From Thalia democratica (taxonomy: Eukaryota), in assembly GCA_965202585.1 (NCBI GenBank), contig OZ241831.1, positions 45,446,001-45,510,000 of the forward strand: a stretch of DNA of 64,000 nt. The letters run 5' to 3'. Positions 1 through 12,888 of this stretch are shown piece by piece. Both the position numbers and the translations under genes were made by a program. The first letter of the stretch is position 1; every line of letters begins with the position of its first letter. The notes under the pieces were generated by a model, which did not search any database, had not been told where the DNA came from, and saw nothing but the letters and a program-made list of their open reading frames with translations.

Positions 1-2
1 AA

Positions 3-209
3 GACCAGAAAGGCGTCAGCAAGGGGTGTTCCCCAAAATGCTCTAATATGCAGTATTCCACTGACGTTTCCGGCATCAAAATAAACGCAATCTGCTGCCA
101 AGGAAATCTTTGTAACTCGTCATATAAGGCTTCCAAAAACAATTTTCTGCTTTTGCTGTGTATGCTTATTTTAAATTGGTTTTTTAAGAAAATACAAATC
201 GGTCTTTAA
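3..209 (+). CDS. 3' terminal exon of a Ly6/uPAR (LU, three-finger) family protein with GPI-anchor signal; 5' part lies outside the window
   Basis: Frame 3 reads DQKGVSKGCSPKCSNMQYSTDVSGIKINAICCQGNLCNSSYKASKNNFLLLLCMLILNWFFKKIQIGL*. It contains the KGC...C...CCxxxLCN LU-domain signature, then small residues and a hydrophobic tail. AATAAA at 216-221. Confidence 0.85.
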   Translation, partial: DQKGVSKGCSPKCSNMQYSTDVSGIKINAICCQGNLCNSSYKASKNNFLLLLCMLILNWFFKKIQIGL

Positions 210-3200
210 ACTTTAAATAAATACAAGAGTTGTAAAATGCTGACATTAACGTTTATTGAGAGCATATATTTAGCAACTAATACTATTTACTTTAAAAATT
301 TTTAACTTCAAATAATGTAAGCACTAAGTGCTGGCGTTATTGTTATTAAAAATAAATAATAAGCAACTTATTCTGTTTTTTTTTTCAATTTAGCTTTTGT
401 AACAGTCATTTAAGGCTTGTAACTTTACACTTAAGTATTTAGTAAGCAGTTATACAACTTGATGTATCGTTTAACTGTCAATTTTTGTAAATAAACAGTA
501 TCTGTTGTATGTAAGCGTACATATGTTGTAAAACTAGGTTATTCATTTAACTTTTAAATACCTAAGGTAAACGTTTTTTATAAATAGACGTATAACAACG
601 AAGAATTTTAAAAGAGTTGCTAAAAAAATATAAAACGTACCAATGTATTTTTCAATCAAGTTAATTCAACTACAACTAAACTAAAATGTTTAAAAACTAT
701 CAGCGTGTTAATTATCATCTAAGTTGATAAGTTTATATTAATGTTGTAAAATAAAAATAAAATAATAACATTAAGCTGCAAACAGAGATGCGATTTAATT
801 TGAATTTAAATCGGGCTCTAACTAATTTTCTTTTGCTATGAACGTAATAAACACAACTTATAATTGTCTAGACTTTTCAAACGAAGACTGCCATAAGTAA
901 GGATATTTTAAATCTAGTGGTTTGAAACTTAAACTTTTTATCATTCAATTTACCAAGACTAAATTTAAAAAAGTTTAAGCCAGGGTTTCCTAAAATGGGG
1001 GTGATTTTAATAATCAGTTCGCAATGTATAGTTAATAATTGAAATAAAAATAAAATGAGTAATTTGTTAGTAAAATGTTTAATCGGGGCGGTAATTCATT
1101 AGTTTTATCAAAAAAGCCTCAAAAAAATTTAATTTACTTGGCTTATAAAATTTATCATAATAATTAAAAAAAAAAAACAAAAACTTTTGTTTGATTAGTT
1201 TAATTTTCACTGAGTTGTTTTATTTTTTTTTCAGATAAAAACCACAAAAATAAAATTTAAATAGATATTCAAACAAAGACTGATTATAAGTATTTAGTAA
1301 GTTCATTTCTTTAACAATTTTAAAAGTATAAACACAACCTTATAATTATAAGAAAAAGTGGATAAAGAATAGTTTCAAAAAATGATTCTTAGAGAAAAAT
1401 AAAAAGCAAAATAAATACATAACAAACTCAAATGTAACAACTAATCTGAAAAATTTTAGTAAAAAATGATATAATTTAAGTTGTAAAAATTATTTTTATT
1501 CAAAGCAATAAAAACAATTCTAGTTTGAAACAGTTTATACAAAAACCAAGTTAAATTTATAACTAAAAAAAAACATTTTTAGTGTTAGTATAAAATTATT
1601 TGTTAAAAACTGTACATCAGTACTTTATCGAATTCAATATAAATAAATGAAGTTTGTTTGTAAAAATAAATTTCATAACACAGGTACTTCTAAAAATACA
1701 ACCAAGAATAGTAACTTAAACTTAATTGAAAAGTTAAAAAAGTATTGTATAACTCAGTGGTCGTCCAGCTAGTAAAAATCTGAGCACAATAAACTGAAAA
1801 ATAAAAGTTCTGTGCACCCCGATATTTAACTTTAAAGAGCCTTTAGTGGCAAGACTACGTAACCACTTTTAATTGACTTTACTGATACGTTTTTACGCTT
1901 ACAAATAATTAAATTAATTTATTTAAAACTTTAATCCTTATATCAGATGCAAATTAAAATATCTAAAATTAGTTCTTTGTTAAATGATCTTCTTTTAAAC
2001 TTTATTTTTAAATTATTTAAATTACTTTTTTTCTACATACTAACTTATTCAAACACATCTCGGCTATCTTAACTAAATACTTGAAATACTTCATTAAGTA
2101 TTAACTACATATTTGAATTAACTTTTAAATTTTTTACTTTGTTATTATTATCTGTATATTACAAGGATGTTTAACAAAACAAAAAAATCGATAATCAAAA
2201 ATACGAATTAAAATCAGAAAAATTAAAATTATGAATATTAATATATTCAAAAATATAAATAATAATAATTTTTTTTTTTAAGTTTTGGTCGATAGCGCTC
2301 GACAATTTGAATTGGAGGTAAATATTTATTTGATTATATAAAATACAATAGGCTTATACGACCGTTTCGTATATGAGATATATTACCTTATACACTTATC
2401 AGTAAAGCTAAAATTTATTAACAATATTTAAGAGAAATTTAGAAATCGAAAGATTTATAAATAAGTATTATGACATAGAAATAATGATGGTTTTTGTACA
2501 GCAAAGTTACGCTGATCTTGTTATTTTAAGAACTTATTTATTTTGAAAGAAAAAATATATGTATCCATTACCAAATAAAAAAATTAGCGAATTTAAAACT
2601 AACTAAATAGTTTCAGTCTATAACTAGACAACGAGTAAGTATTACGAAGTACTTATTCAAATTTTATTCAGTGCTAATTACCATATAACGTGTAAAGAAA
2701 AAGTTTTACTTTAAAAAGAAACATTAATAAGCTTTGAAACGAAAAAAACTAACTTTAAGTTTTTTACCTATTTTTTAATGTTTTTTCTAAATTTGTACTA
2801 ATTTAATATAAAAAAAAAAGGTAAAATACGTAAACAACTATTTAGTTAGAATTTTTTGAAAAGCTTTGGTTGAACGCCTGAAATTCGTTTATATACTTCA
2901 CGTAAGAAAATATTATATTTATTTTTTTCTTAGAAGAATCACTATTTTAGTTTATTAAGCTTTAATTGTTTTACATAAAAATCTAAGTAATTTTGACCCT
3001 AAACTATGTGCTTACATTCGAAATAACCTAGATTTAGACTAGTTATATAAGTAGAAATACTTTTAAATAATTTAATTTCTAAGATATTAGTTTTTATTGG
3101 GTAGAATTTTTTTTAATTAAACTAAATTACAATTCATGTAGGTTAACTTCACTTTATTCCAATTATAATAATGTTTAAACAGTAATTTCTTAAATAAACA

Positions 3201-6200
3201 TAAGTGTTTCTTTGTTCATTCATAGTTTTAAAAGCATTGTTACTATATAAAAAAATAAACCTTGAGTTCAAAAAAGTATTTTACCGCCCATGCAATATGT
3301 TTTCAAAGCACTAAAATGTTTTGGCAAACCTATAGGCAGAACTAATTTTTTTAAATTATTTTTAGTTGCTTCAATACTTTTATTTTGGAGTTTTTTTATT
3401 CCACTGAAGTGCTTCTTACTAAACATGTTTTAAGAAACGCGTTACAAGCGTTTAAAATTGAGCTTCCTGAAAACCAAAACATGAACTTAAGATGCTTACT
3501 TTTTGTAGTATATCAAATTTGCTCAAGTCATATTATTTTATTTTTTTAATAAACCCTATGCATACAATTTTATCTTAAAAACATTACCAAACTAGTTTCT
3601 AAAAGATTCTAATTCAAGTTATGGTAGTCAACTGCACAAATAAGACTTTCTTGCAACTTTTTATTAAAAATTTTTCAAATAAAAACACCATGCGAATATT
3701 ACAGTTTTTACGCTTCGTACAAAAGTGACACACAATAAAGACATGAGATTGAAGCGAAACTTTGTTTTCTTAAAGCTATACCAAGTTGTTCTAAACTTTG
3801 CTTTCGCTTTTAATTACTAACAATACAAAATTGATCAAAAAGTTGTAAGTTCAAACATATTAGATTTGTTTTATTTTAATTTTTTACTTTCAAGTCTAAG
3901 AAACGAACTAACATACTACTAGAGCTTTAAAAGACTGACTTTAAATTTAGAATTTTTGTATACAACTTAAAACATTATTTTGTACAACAAAAATTAAATA
4001 CATTCATACAACCTGGTACTTACTATCTTTTATTTCCACTCACAAAATTTATTTATTTTAAAGTTGTTTAATTCAAAATTTTATGAGCAAGTGAAACCTA
4101 TTTATCTCTTTGCTTTATCATAACGTATAATCAGTAAAAACTTTTAGTTTTATATATATATTTATTTAATTAGAACAAACGTTAAGCCTTTAAGTTACTA
4201 TAAAGCAAAACCAAAATTAGTTTTTGTGTCATCTTTAGAAATAACAATACTTATTAGTAGAACAAAAACAGAAACTAATCTAATTGACTTTAAAAGTGTT
4301 CTAATAAAACCCTACTAACCTATGTATGACCAAATAATAAAACCCTATTATAAAGGTCATTGCAAACTGATTAAATTGGTATTCGGCCAAAAATTGTTTA
4401 ACTTAGTTTTCTATTCTATTGTAGTTAAACACTTGAAAAGTATTTTAAAGCTTACGATGCGTATTTAAATTAAAATAAAAAAGTACTAGTTTGATAAATT
4501 TAAAAGTTGAGTTTTCTTTTAGTAGTTTTTATAGTTTTTGTCTTTTTAGGTAGTTCTATAAACTATTTTAACAAAATAAAATTTTTCACGAAATGTATCC
4601 AAATCACTTTATAAGTATGTTCATCTGTGCAATAGATTAAAACAAAAACTAAGGATACTTTAGATGAGTTTTAAATGATAGTGCTACGGGATTAGTCTGT
4701 GACAAACGTAACAGATAAAGTATAAAATCCGAAACACGCCTAAAATAGTGTTTGTTTTTTATAATACTTATAAGTTATTTAACAATTATAATAAACACCT
4801 ATACTTTTATGATAATCTAAAAGTGGATTAGCTTATAAATATCAAAATTTTAAATCACACTTAATTATAATCACATAAAACAAAAAATTATTATGAAGTT
4901 AAAAAAGTAAATTATCTTAAAAAATCAAAACATAGTATAAAACTTATTAAAAAACAAAGTTCTATAAAATTTGTTTACAATAACTCATTAATCAAGTTTG
5001 GTATTTTTCACTACAAAAGGTAGACAAAATAAATAGTTTCATGTAAAAGTATTACTAAACATGCTTAAATAATTTGTGTTTAATTCTTATTAATGTTTGA
5101 TAACCTAAAGTTTGGTTTATTAAATCAAGCTGTATTGCTAAGCTAAAAAAACAAAAATAATTTTTATCTTTAACTTTTACTTTATAATAAAAATTTCTTA
5201 TTTTAAAAAGTACAAAAATAAAAAGTATCATCGAGGTATCTATTGTTCGAAAAAAGTTTTACTTTAGTGTAATAAAGGAACATTAAAAACTAGTAAGACA
5301 TCTATTAAAAAGAAGTTTGTTTAATCTTCGTTTTATTTTAATAAAGAAAATATTATCAAATTCTTTATACTTATAAGACTTCATTTAAAAATAATATATT
5401 ACTTTTTACAAAAAAAAAAGTTTTTGAAGTAAAATAGGTCATTTTTATTTCTAACCAAACACAAGGTGGCAGTGTAACAAAGCACATAGTTTTATAAATA
5501 GGGTTTTAGTTCAAATGCTTAAACAAATTTAAGCATAGGCGAATTTTTCTTTGATACAGTAGTTGGTAGAATTGTAAACTCTTTAGTTTCTCTTTAGTTT
5601 TAAATGAAAAGAAATTTTAATCATCAAAAAAATTTAAGTTGTTAAGTTAGCATTATATATGACTAGGAAAAAGCAGGGAAACCCGAAAAAACGTATTGAA
5701 AGTACGAATATAAAATTTTCTAATTACTATAAACGTTTGTCGTATTGCAGTGTAAGTCAGAGAGATACTATTTCGAAAGAAAAAGCACCAACATCATTTT
5801 CAGGTAGTTTTTGTTGATGTATAAATGTTAATTTCGGTAAGTACTATGAAAACAAGTTAATTCTACATTAATTTTTTTAGTAAAAACTCTTTCAGGTTTT
5901 TAATAAGATATTAAATTTTATAAGTTTAAAATTTCAAGTAATTTACTTATTTCGTCTGTTCCTATATTTTTAATCGATTTCAGCACAATAGTTATGTCTA
6001 TTACTTTGTTTTAAAAAAAAACTAATATGAATTAATTTAGTTTAAAAAATAAAAACCTATACATTATTTCTGTATTGCTTATAATTTTCGTTATCGTAAT
6101 TATTTAAAAACATATTTATTTCATTATTACTTTAGTTATAGTATTAATATCAGATGTATTTAATCAAATCACGTAACTCTTTTTAGAAATTTTATTAGAA

Positions 6201-7841
6201 AATTTGTTAAACTACAATTTACAATAGAAGCGTGTAGCAAACAACGTCTATAACCAAAAATGTTACACGTTTAGCAATAAGAATTTCAAATGTTGAAACT
6301 TTTAATAAGCTTATTATGCCCTAACAGTTTAACTGAAAGGTCAAGTTCACTGTTTTGCGCGCACAAACAGCTGTTGAAGACATCGGCAAGCGAAAGTAAC
6401 TTCATACCAGTTCGCTCGATCGTTTAAACTAATAAAACGGCTACTAAACGGCGTCTTATCGTTCAATTGCATCGCCCCTAAATACTGCTTTGTCGTAGCT
6501 TAAAACTTGTTAAGCTTTCTTTGCGTATGACAAAATCTCATAGGTTAAGTTTATAAAAACAGGTGCAGATATAGAAAAAAAATTGCCTAGATAACGGCAT
6601 CTCCTTTGTGAACATTTCTAAAAGCCTTGGTGTTAAATCGATTAAGCTTTAGTTTAAAATAATGATGTTATATAGCATTATTGTTAAAAAGTTTTAGCTT
6701 TGTTAGTTTTATTGCAGCGTTATTTTATTAATAGTAAGCGCACACAACGAATACTTTTAATGAAAAACTTTTTTAATACTAAAAATATTTAACTTTACTG
6801 ACACTTTTAAAAGTATAATGTTTAGTTTTGATCAGAGTTTTTGCTGATGAAATTTATTTATTTTAAGCTTTTAACTATTTTAACAAGTATTTATAATATT
6901 GTATATTTCACTATAAAAAATGTTTTTTTTTTGCATATCAAAACTTAAGTTTTTACCTGTCAAGTTATATTTTAGTTTTTATGTACCAAACACTTCTTAA
7001 ATGCTCTTAAACAGTTTAAAGCACTAGTTAGGACTATTAATTTGTTAAAGTATGTTGATAAATGTTTTATGGTTTAAGAATAAGATGTTAAAAAGACTTA
7101 CATACAGTTATACGACTTTAATTTGTATTAAACTTAAAGAAAAAAATTTACTCATAAACTAAGACTAAAGCTATAAAAACCTATTGAAAACAATTAGTTC
7201 GTTTCAATATTTTAAACTTTAAAATATATCTAATAAGAATAAGGTCAAAGCAAAATAAAGATGCTTAACATAAATAACTAAAACTAATGTATCATTAACG
7301 TTATTTTGTTTATAACATAAATAAAGTAAAAAATAACTTGAGGTAAACTAGGTTTTATTTGAAATATATAAAATCAAAAGGCACTAAATGTTTAGCTATT
7401 TTCTTGTTTTCAAAAGCTTTCTAATTACCGAAGAAAAGTATTAATGAAACTTTACTCAGGTTTTATTGATAAAATTTATTAACTTCGTGAAAAATGGTTT
7501 TAACATTCCATAACTTAAAATTCAATATACTATCTACTTGTTTGTAGTGCTCTTTTAGTTTTGATAATTCTTATTTTGAAATTTTTTCTTGTTTTTTAGT
7601 TTTTGCGATTATAAATACAAACAATGTAAAGACTTAGTCAGCATTTTAAAGAAAGATGCTGCATAAGTCATTTTCAGATTTTTTTAACTTTTCTTTAAAT
7701 CATACCCGTTTTTTAATTCTGAACGATATTATTTTTTTGCTAATATAAAAGCTTAAGCCTAATTAGCTTTGCAAGTTTTACAAGTTTATAATCATGTAGT
7801 AGTTTAAACCACAATTTTTTATGCGTTACTTTTAACAACAG

Positions 7842-8824
7842 AAAAACGAAGAAATGGAAACTTCAATAACTTAGATGAGGTTTGCAGTCGAAACGAAGGC
7901 ACTGGATTTCCTTATAACTTCTGCAACAAACAAAACTACTACAATGAAGTAAAAGAAACAGAGCTCAATTCAGCACAGAGTGTTGCTACTTCGTTAAACA
8001 TTTTTTACCATTTGATGATACTGATGCATTTAAACATTATAATGCAAGTGTTTTATGACAGCTTAATAAGCACGATAAGAAACATAGCAAGACTCCAGTT
8101 TTACTATTTCGACAGAATAAGCAAAGCAGCTCAAAATGTACAAGACACATTAGTGCCATTGGATAACTCAAAATATTTTGACAACAAAACTAATTTTGTT
8201 AGTTTTTCGCCCCAATATTTAGAACTTTTCAAGCAGAAAGAGGAGTCAACTATTTACACAGAACATAAGAAAAAAGAAAAAGTTAATAAACTAAAGTGTG
8301 AGGGTTTTAAAAAACGAAACATTAACGAAAAAGTATTCAAAATTAGTGAAAACTTTGAAACGAAAGATAATAGGTTGTTATCTAATGACAATAAAAGCTT
8401 ACCTCGTTTTTATTTTGCAGAAACAAAATGTTTTAGTAACACAAGTAGATCATGTTACGCAAACAGATATAAACAAGAAAGTTGGAAAAAGTGTACAACT
8501 AAAACAGCAGATAAAACTAAAAACTTCAGAAATACTAGTAAACTACCTACTAAGAAAATTTCTTCTCACCAAGCTGAAGTTATTTTGAGTTCAATCAAGA
8601 AACTGGTGCAAGGAAAAAACACTGAAAACATGCGTTTTGAGTGCCCGGTGTGCCACAAAAGGATAAAAAGGTTGTACCATTTTCACCGACACGTGAAAAT
8701 CCACACCGGTAACAAAGACCACAAGTGTCAATATTGCAGCTACAGCTCGGTCAGAAAGGACAATTTGGTGTATCATATGAAAGTGCACAAGAAAAACGTT
8801 GAACCTGTATATTTGAACATTTAG
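7842..8824 (+). CDS. Terminal exon of a C2H2 zinc-finger protein with two C-terminal fingers; upstream exons not located
   Basis: CPVCHKRIKRLYHFHRHVKIH-TGNKDHK-CQYCSYSSVRKDNLVYHMKVH. The frame is open from 7808. Candidate acceptor ...tttaacaacAG ends at 7841. The ORF-track start at 8012 is a TTG. Confidence 0.8.
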
Positions 8825-10452
8825 CTTTAATTTTTCTGTTACTTTTACGAAAAAATGTTACTTTGCTTGTAACTAAACTTAAGCTGCGTTTGATTTAAAG
8901 TACGTTAATACTTTTATATAAGGGTTCAAGTATATTTTTATCAGTTGAAATTTAAGCTTATTTAGAATTAGATAAAGTTTTAAAAATAATATAAATAGCT
9001 TGTTCTTTTACTAGTACATTAATATTATGATTTAAACTGCTGTATTAATTTTCATTCTTTTTTAAATTATTCAAAGATTTGAAAAAGTTATAATTAATTA
9101 AAACTTTGTAGTATTTTTGCTAATATAAGCTAAATAAATCTATTAGTTTTTTTTTTATTTTTAACAATATAAATTTATACATTTATACAACCTGCCTAAA
9201 AGTTTAAGCTAACACAAAATGAATCTTTTAAATACTTTACCAAAAGTAGTTAAAAATTGCTATAAGAAATTCAGAACTTATTTTAACAAATTAAAAAAAA
9301 AATAATGTTTAAATTTTAATTTATAAAAACTTTACTGATCAAAAATAAATATGCTATGTATAAACAAATTTAGACTAAAATTACAGTTAAGCTTCTTTAA
9401 AATATAATGAAGAAACTTTGTTTCATATTGTATCTAATAAAATTTTGTTAGTTGTTTGCAGTTGTTTTTACGTTTTTTAGAAATGCCTTAACATTTTCTT
9501 TTTTTTTTGTTAAGGTGCTATTTAACACTTTTTTCACTAATTAGCTGTTAAATTATACATTAATTTACTATAAAATGTTTTACAATTAAGTAAAATAAAG
9601 AATAAAAAAACGACAAAAAGGTTATTTTTCAAAATTAATTTATATAAAAAAGATTTAAAATAACTTACTGTATAGAAAATAATGTTTTAGAAAATACTTT
9701 TGATATATGAAAAATAAAAAATGAAAAAATTGTAAGAGATGTACTTTAAGTTATTTTCGCAAAATTATAAATTACTATATGTTACGTGAAAACAAAAAAA
9801 GTTCATAACTTTAAATAAACATATTGATTGCTATTTTTATAATTAAGCTGTTGAAAAATTGTAACTGTAACTAATTTCGGTAAAAGAATTCGAATGTTTA
9901 CAATTTATGTGCACAGTAAGTTTAATATTGACCTCTTAGCAAGAATCAACACTGATTTGTAAGAAAATTATGAAAGTTATAAAGTAGATAACTAATTAAT
10001 TTCTTTTGTAGGTGATATTTTTCGTTTAGATTAATGATAACTATCTGAAGCTAAAACATAAGTAAAAAACAAGCTTTTCAAACTTTTATGTATGTTGACA
10101 GACTAGACTTGATCAATCCAAGGACAAAAAGAAGCATAAATACAGTATAATGATAACTTTTTATAAAATTTCTGATAAGCGGGTTTCGATCTTCAAATGT
10201 TGAGTATTTACGGTTGACGAAAAGTTCTCTGTAAATTTAAATTTAAGTAGATAGATATTTGGTGTAAATTAATATCAAATAAATATTAAATATGCAGCTT
10301 AAACTTCAATTTCTTTCTAAACTATTAATTTCTAAAAGTACACTGTAACAATGTTACTAAAAATTTATTTTTACAAACTAAAACTACAAGTTATAATGTC
10401 AAAACACCTTTTACGTTAAAACTTTTGACATAACTTAGATTAGATACGAAAA

Positions 10453-10860
10453 TCTATCATATACAACAAATTTTTATTGTACTACTTATACTTGGTTTAT
10501 CATAAAATACAGTGTTGCCATATGTCATACGGGTCCTATTGACAACTTAGAAAATTCTCTACGTTCTACGTTGCAAGACTAAAATTTAGAAATATATTTA
10601 AAAAAAAAAGCTAAATTAGCATTACAGTACGTTATCAATATTTTTATACCACATACACAGCTTTTTTTAATCTATCATATCAACAAATTTTTAATGTTAC
10701 ATTGATTTTTTTTTCAACAGTGTTGCCTTATGGCGTTAGGGTCCTAATGACGACTTTTAAATTTCTCTATGTTGAACTTTGCAAGTAAAATTTAGTGGTC
10801 GACTCCTTTACAAAAAAATATTTAAAATAGAATTACACTACTTTGTCAATATTTTTACTC
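10453..10860. repeat. Diverged ~215-bp tandem duplication (2 copies)
   Basis: tctatcatat-caacaaattttta...cagtgttgcc.tat...gggtccta.tgac.act...ttgcaag.aaaatttag occurs at ~10453 and ~10672. Confidence 0.65.
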
Positions 10861-11869
10861 AAATTAAGACAGATTTTTTTTTACAATAAATTTAATTTCA
10901 TACTCAAAATGGACCAAAAAATTCTAGTTTTAAAACCCAATAAGATATTTAGAAAAAATCGTAAAAAAATATAAAACAAATTTAGCAGCGCTGGTATAAG
11001 TATATACTTAAAAAAACATCTATGAATATTTTTTCTCGATAAAATATAAACAGTATTTAATTTAGCAAAACATAAGTAAGAACCAAAATACAGATATAAT
11101 TAAAATATAAAATGGAACAACACGTTTGTAAGTTTTAGTTATCTAAATAAAGGATTCCTTGCACTAAATATCAAGTGGTATATGTATTTATTTGTAGAAA
11201 GACGCTGCTAGAAGCACTAGCATTAGCTAAAAACTATTGCGCAATTATTTAGGACGAAATCGACACAGTAGTTCACTGCTGCAAATCAGTACTTATTTAC
11301 AACAATTGTATGTGGTCGAAGAAGGATACTGGTGATGGTTTAGATATACCGCAGGGAAGTTTTTGTTGTGCAGAAGTATATAAGCTAGTAGGGTTACTTT
11401 TAATGTATATTTATAGAATTATTTTAGAATTATTTATATTCTAAAATATTATTTGTATTATTTATAGAACCATTATTTTACAAAATGATAAATTTAAATA
11501 TGTTTTAGTGCAATAATGTTATAAATAAACATAAAATCAACTAAAACATAAAACAAAATATAAGCTATTAACTATTATGTTTTTTTTATTTATACTCAGT
11601 AAGTAATAGATTTTATTTAAGTTAAATTTTAAAAAATATGTATTTGCACTTTTTTTTTGGGTAAAAAGTGCGAACTCAAGAGAAAGTCTACTGTAATTAA
11701 TATTTACTAGGCATTATGCAAACCTGTTGTAGAAAAAATAACTTAATAAAAGTTTTATTATAAAAAGACTACTTAAATACAATACAAATCAGGTGAAATA
11801 AGAAGTATTTTAAAAGATCAAATAAAAAATAAAAACTTTCATAAAATAATGTCTGCTATTGAAGTCTAA

Positions 11870-12888
11870 TACAAAGTGAAGGATGAGGTTCATGACTGCT
11901 TGCAAGTTTTTCTAATCTGATTCTTAATCAGTAAAATAAGCCTCCTTTACAAATAACTATATTAGATCTTTTGCTCAAGATGTTGATAACTAAACTGAAA
12001 ACCTTCTCATTAACATAGCTGAAAGGAAAAACTATAAACAACGATCTAAGTTCCACTGAAACGATTGGATACTTTTGCCTTAGTTTTTGTTGAGTCCAAA
12101 AGCTTTCATATCATTCTTTAGAAAATTTAATTTTTTGTTTAAGGTCAGTTTGTAAGTCTGAGAAGGTTTCCTGTTAGTGGTTTACTTCAAAAAGATCTGC
12201 CTCGAAGAAATCTATATTTTTACCTATATGATAGCGTTTTTGTGTCAAATCGAAGTTTTACTACTTAATATGTTGAAATTGATAAAACTCCAGATTTTTT
12301 AGGTTTTTTTTTGCCTAAATTGTCAAGTTCTAGATTTCTCTAGATTTCTAGGTAAATTGGCAACCCTTTATAGTTTTATTTCTTAGTCTAACTTAGTGAC
12401 TTTTCAAAAAACAATTGGAAATATCCTAAGGTGATAGTTAATAATATAAAACATAGATTTTTACAAACCAAATCCCAAATTGATCCCAAATAACATATAT
12501 GTCACGTCATAAAATGGTGAGAGGGATTCCGATAGTCTATGATCTATGTAATTGTTAAATAAGAAAATATATGAATTAAAATATGTAATTTACTTGAAAG
12601 TAAGAGTCATAATTTATTTGATTTTTTTCTCTATATTTTACATAAACAAAATAAACTTTTTTCATTTAAGCTTTACTTCAGTGTTAAATATTAAATATTA
12701 AGCTAAAACTAGTAAAATAGCACGATAAAAAGTGAAAATTTTATGACAGCCCAAAATTTTAAAATCGCCCCCTTTTCGCCCCCTTACAAGTTATTGCCCA
12801 CCCTTTCGCCCCCTTACTAATTATCGCCTCCCGACTTACTAAAGTCGCCCCCAGGGGGGCGATATCGCCCACTTTGGGAAACCCTGAT
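11870..12888 (-). mobile_element. Internally deleted Buster/Charlie-type hAT transposon: one TIR, subterminal GGGGCGA repeats and a decayed transposase C-terminus
   Basis: The minus strand starts CAGGGTTTCCCAAAGTGGGCGATATCGCCCCCCTGGGGGCG at 12888, with repeated TCGCCCCC motifs at 12760-12880. Minus 12200-11870 reads ...SDLQTDLKQK..F...YESFWTQQKLRQKYP...LFIVFPFSYVNEKVFS...LEKLASSHEPHPS, resembling the Buster-family dimerisation domain. The opposite TIR was not found. Confidence 0.7.

Noticed and set aside
11230-11275. GGACGAAATCGAC (and ATCCGAAACACG near 4730) as hammerheads
   Set aside because: No CUGANGA box or U16.1 in the right register.
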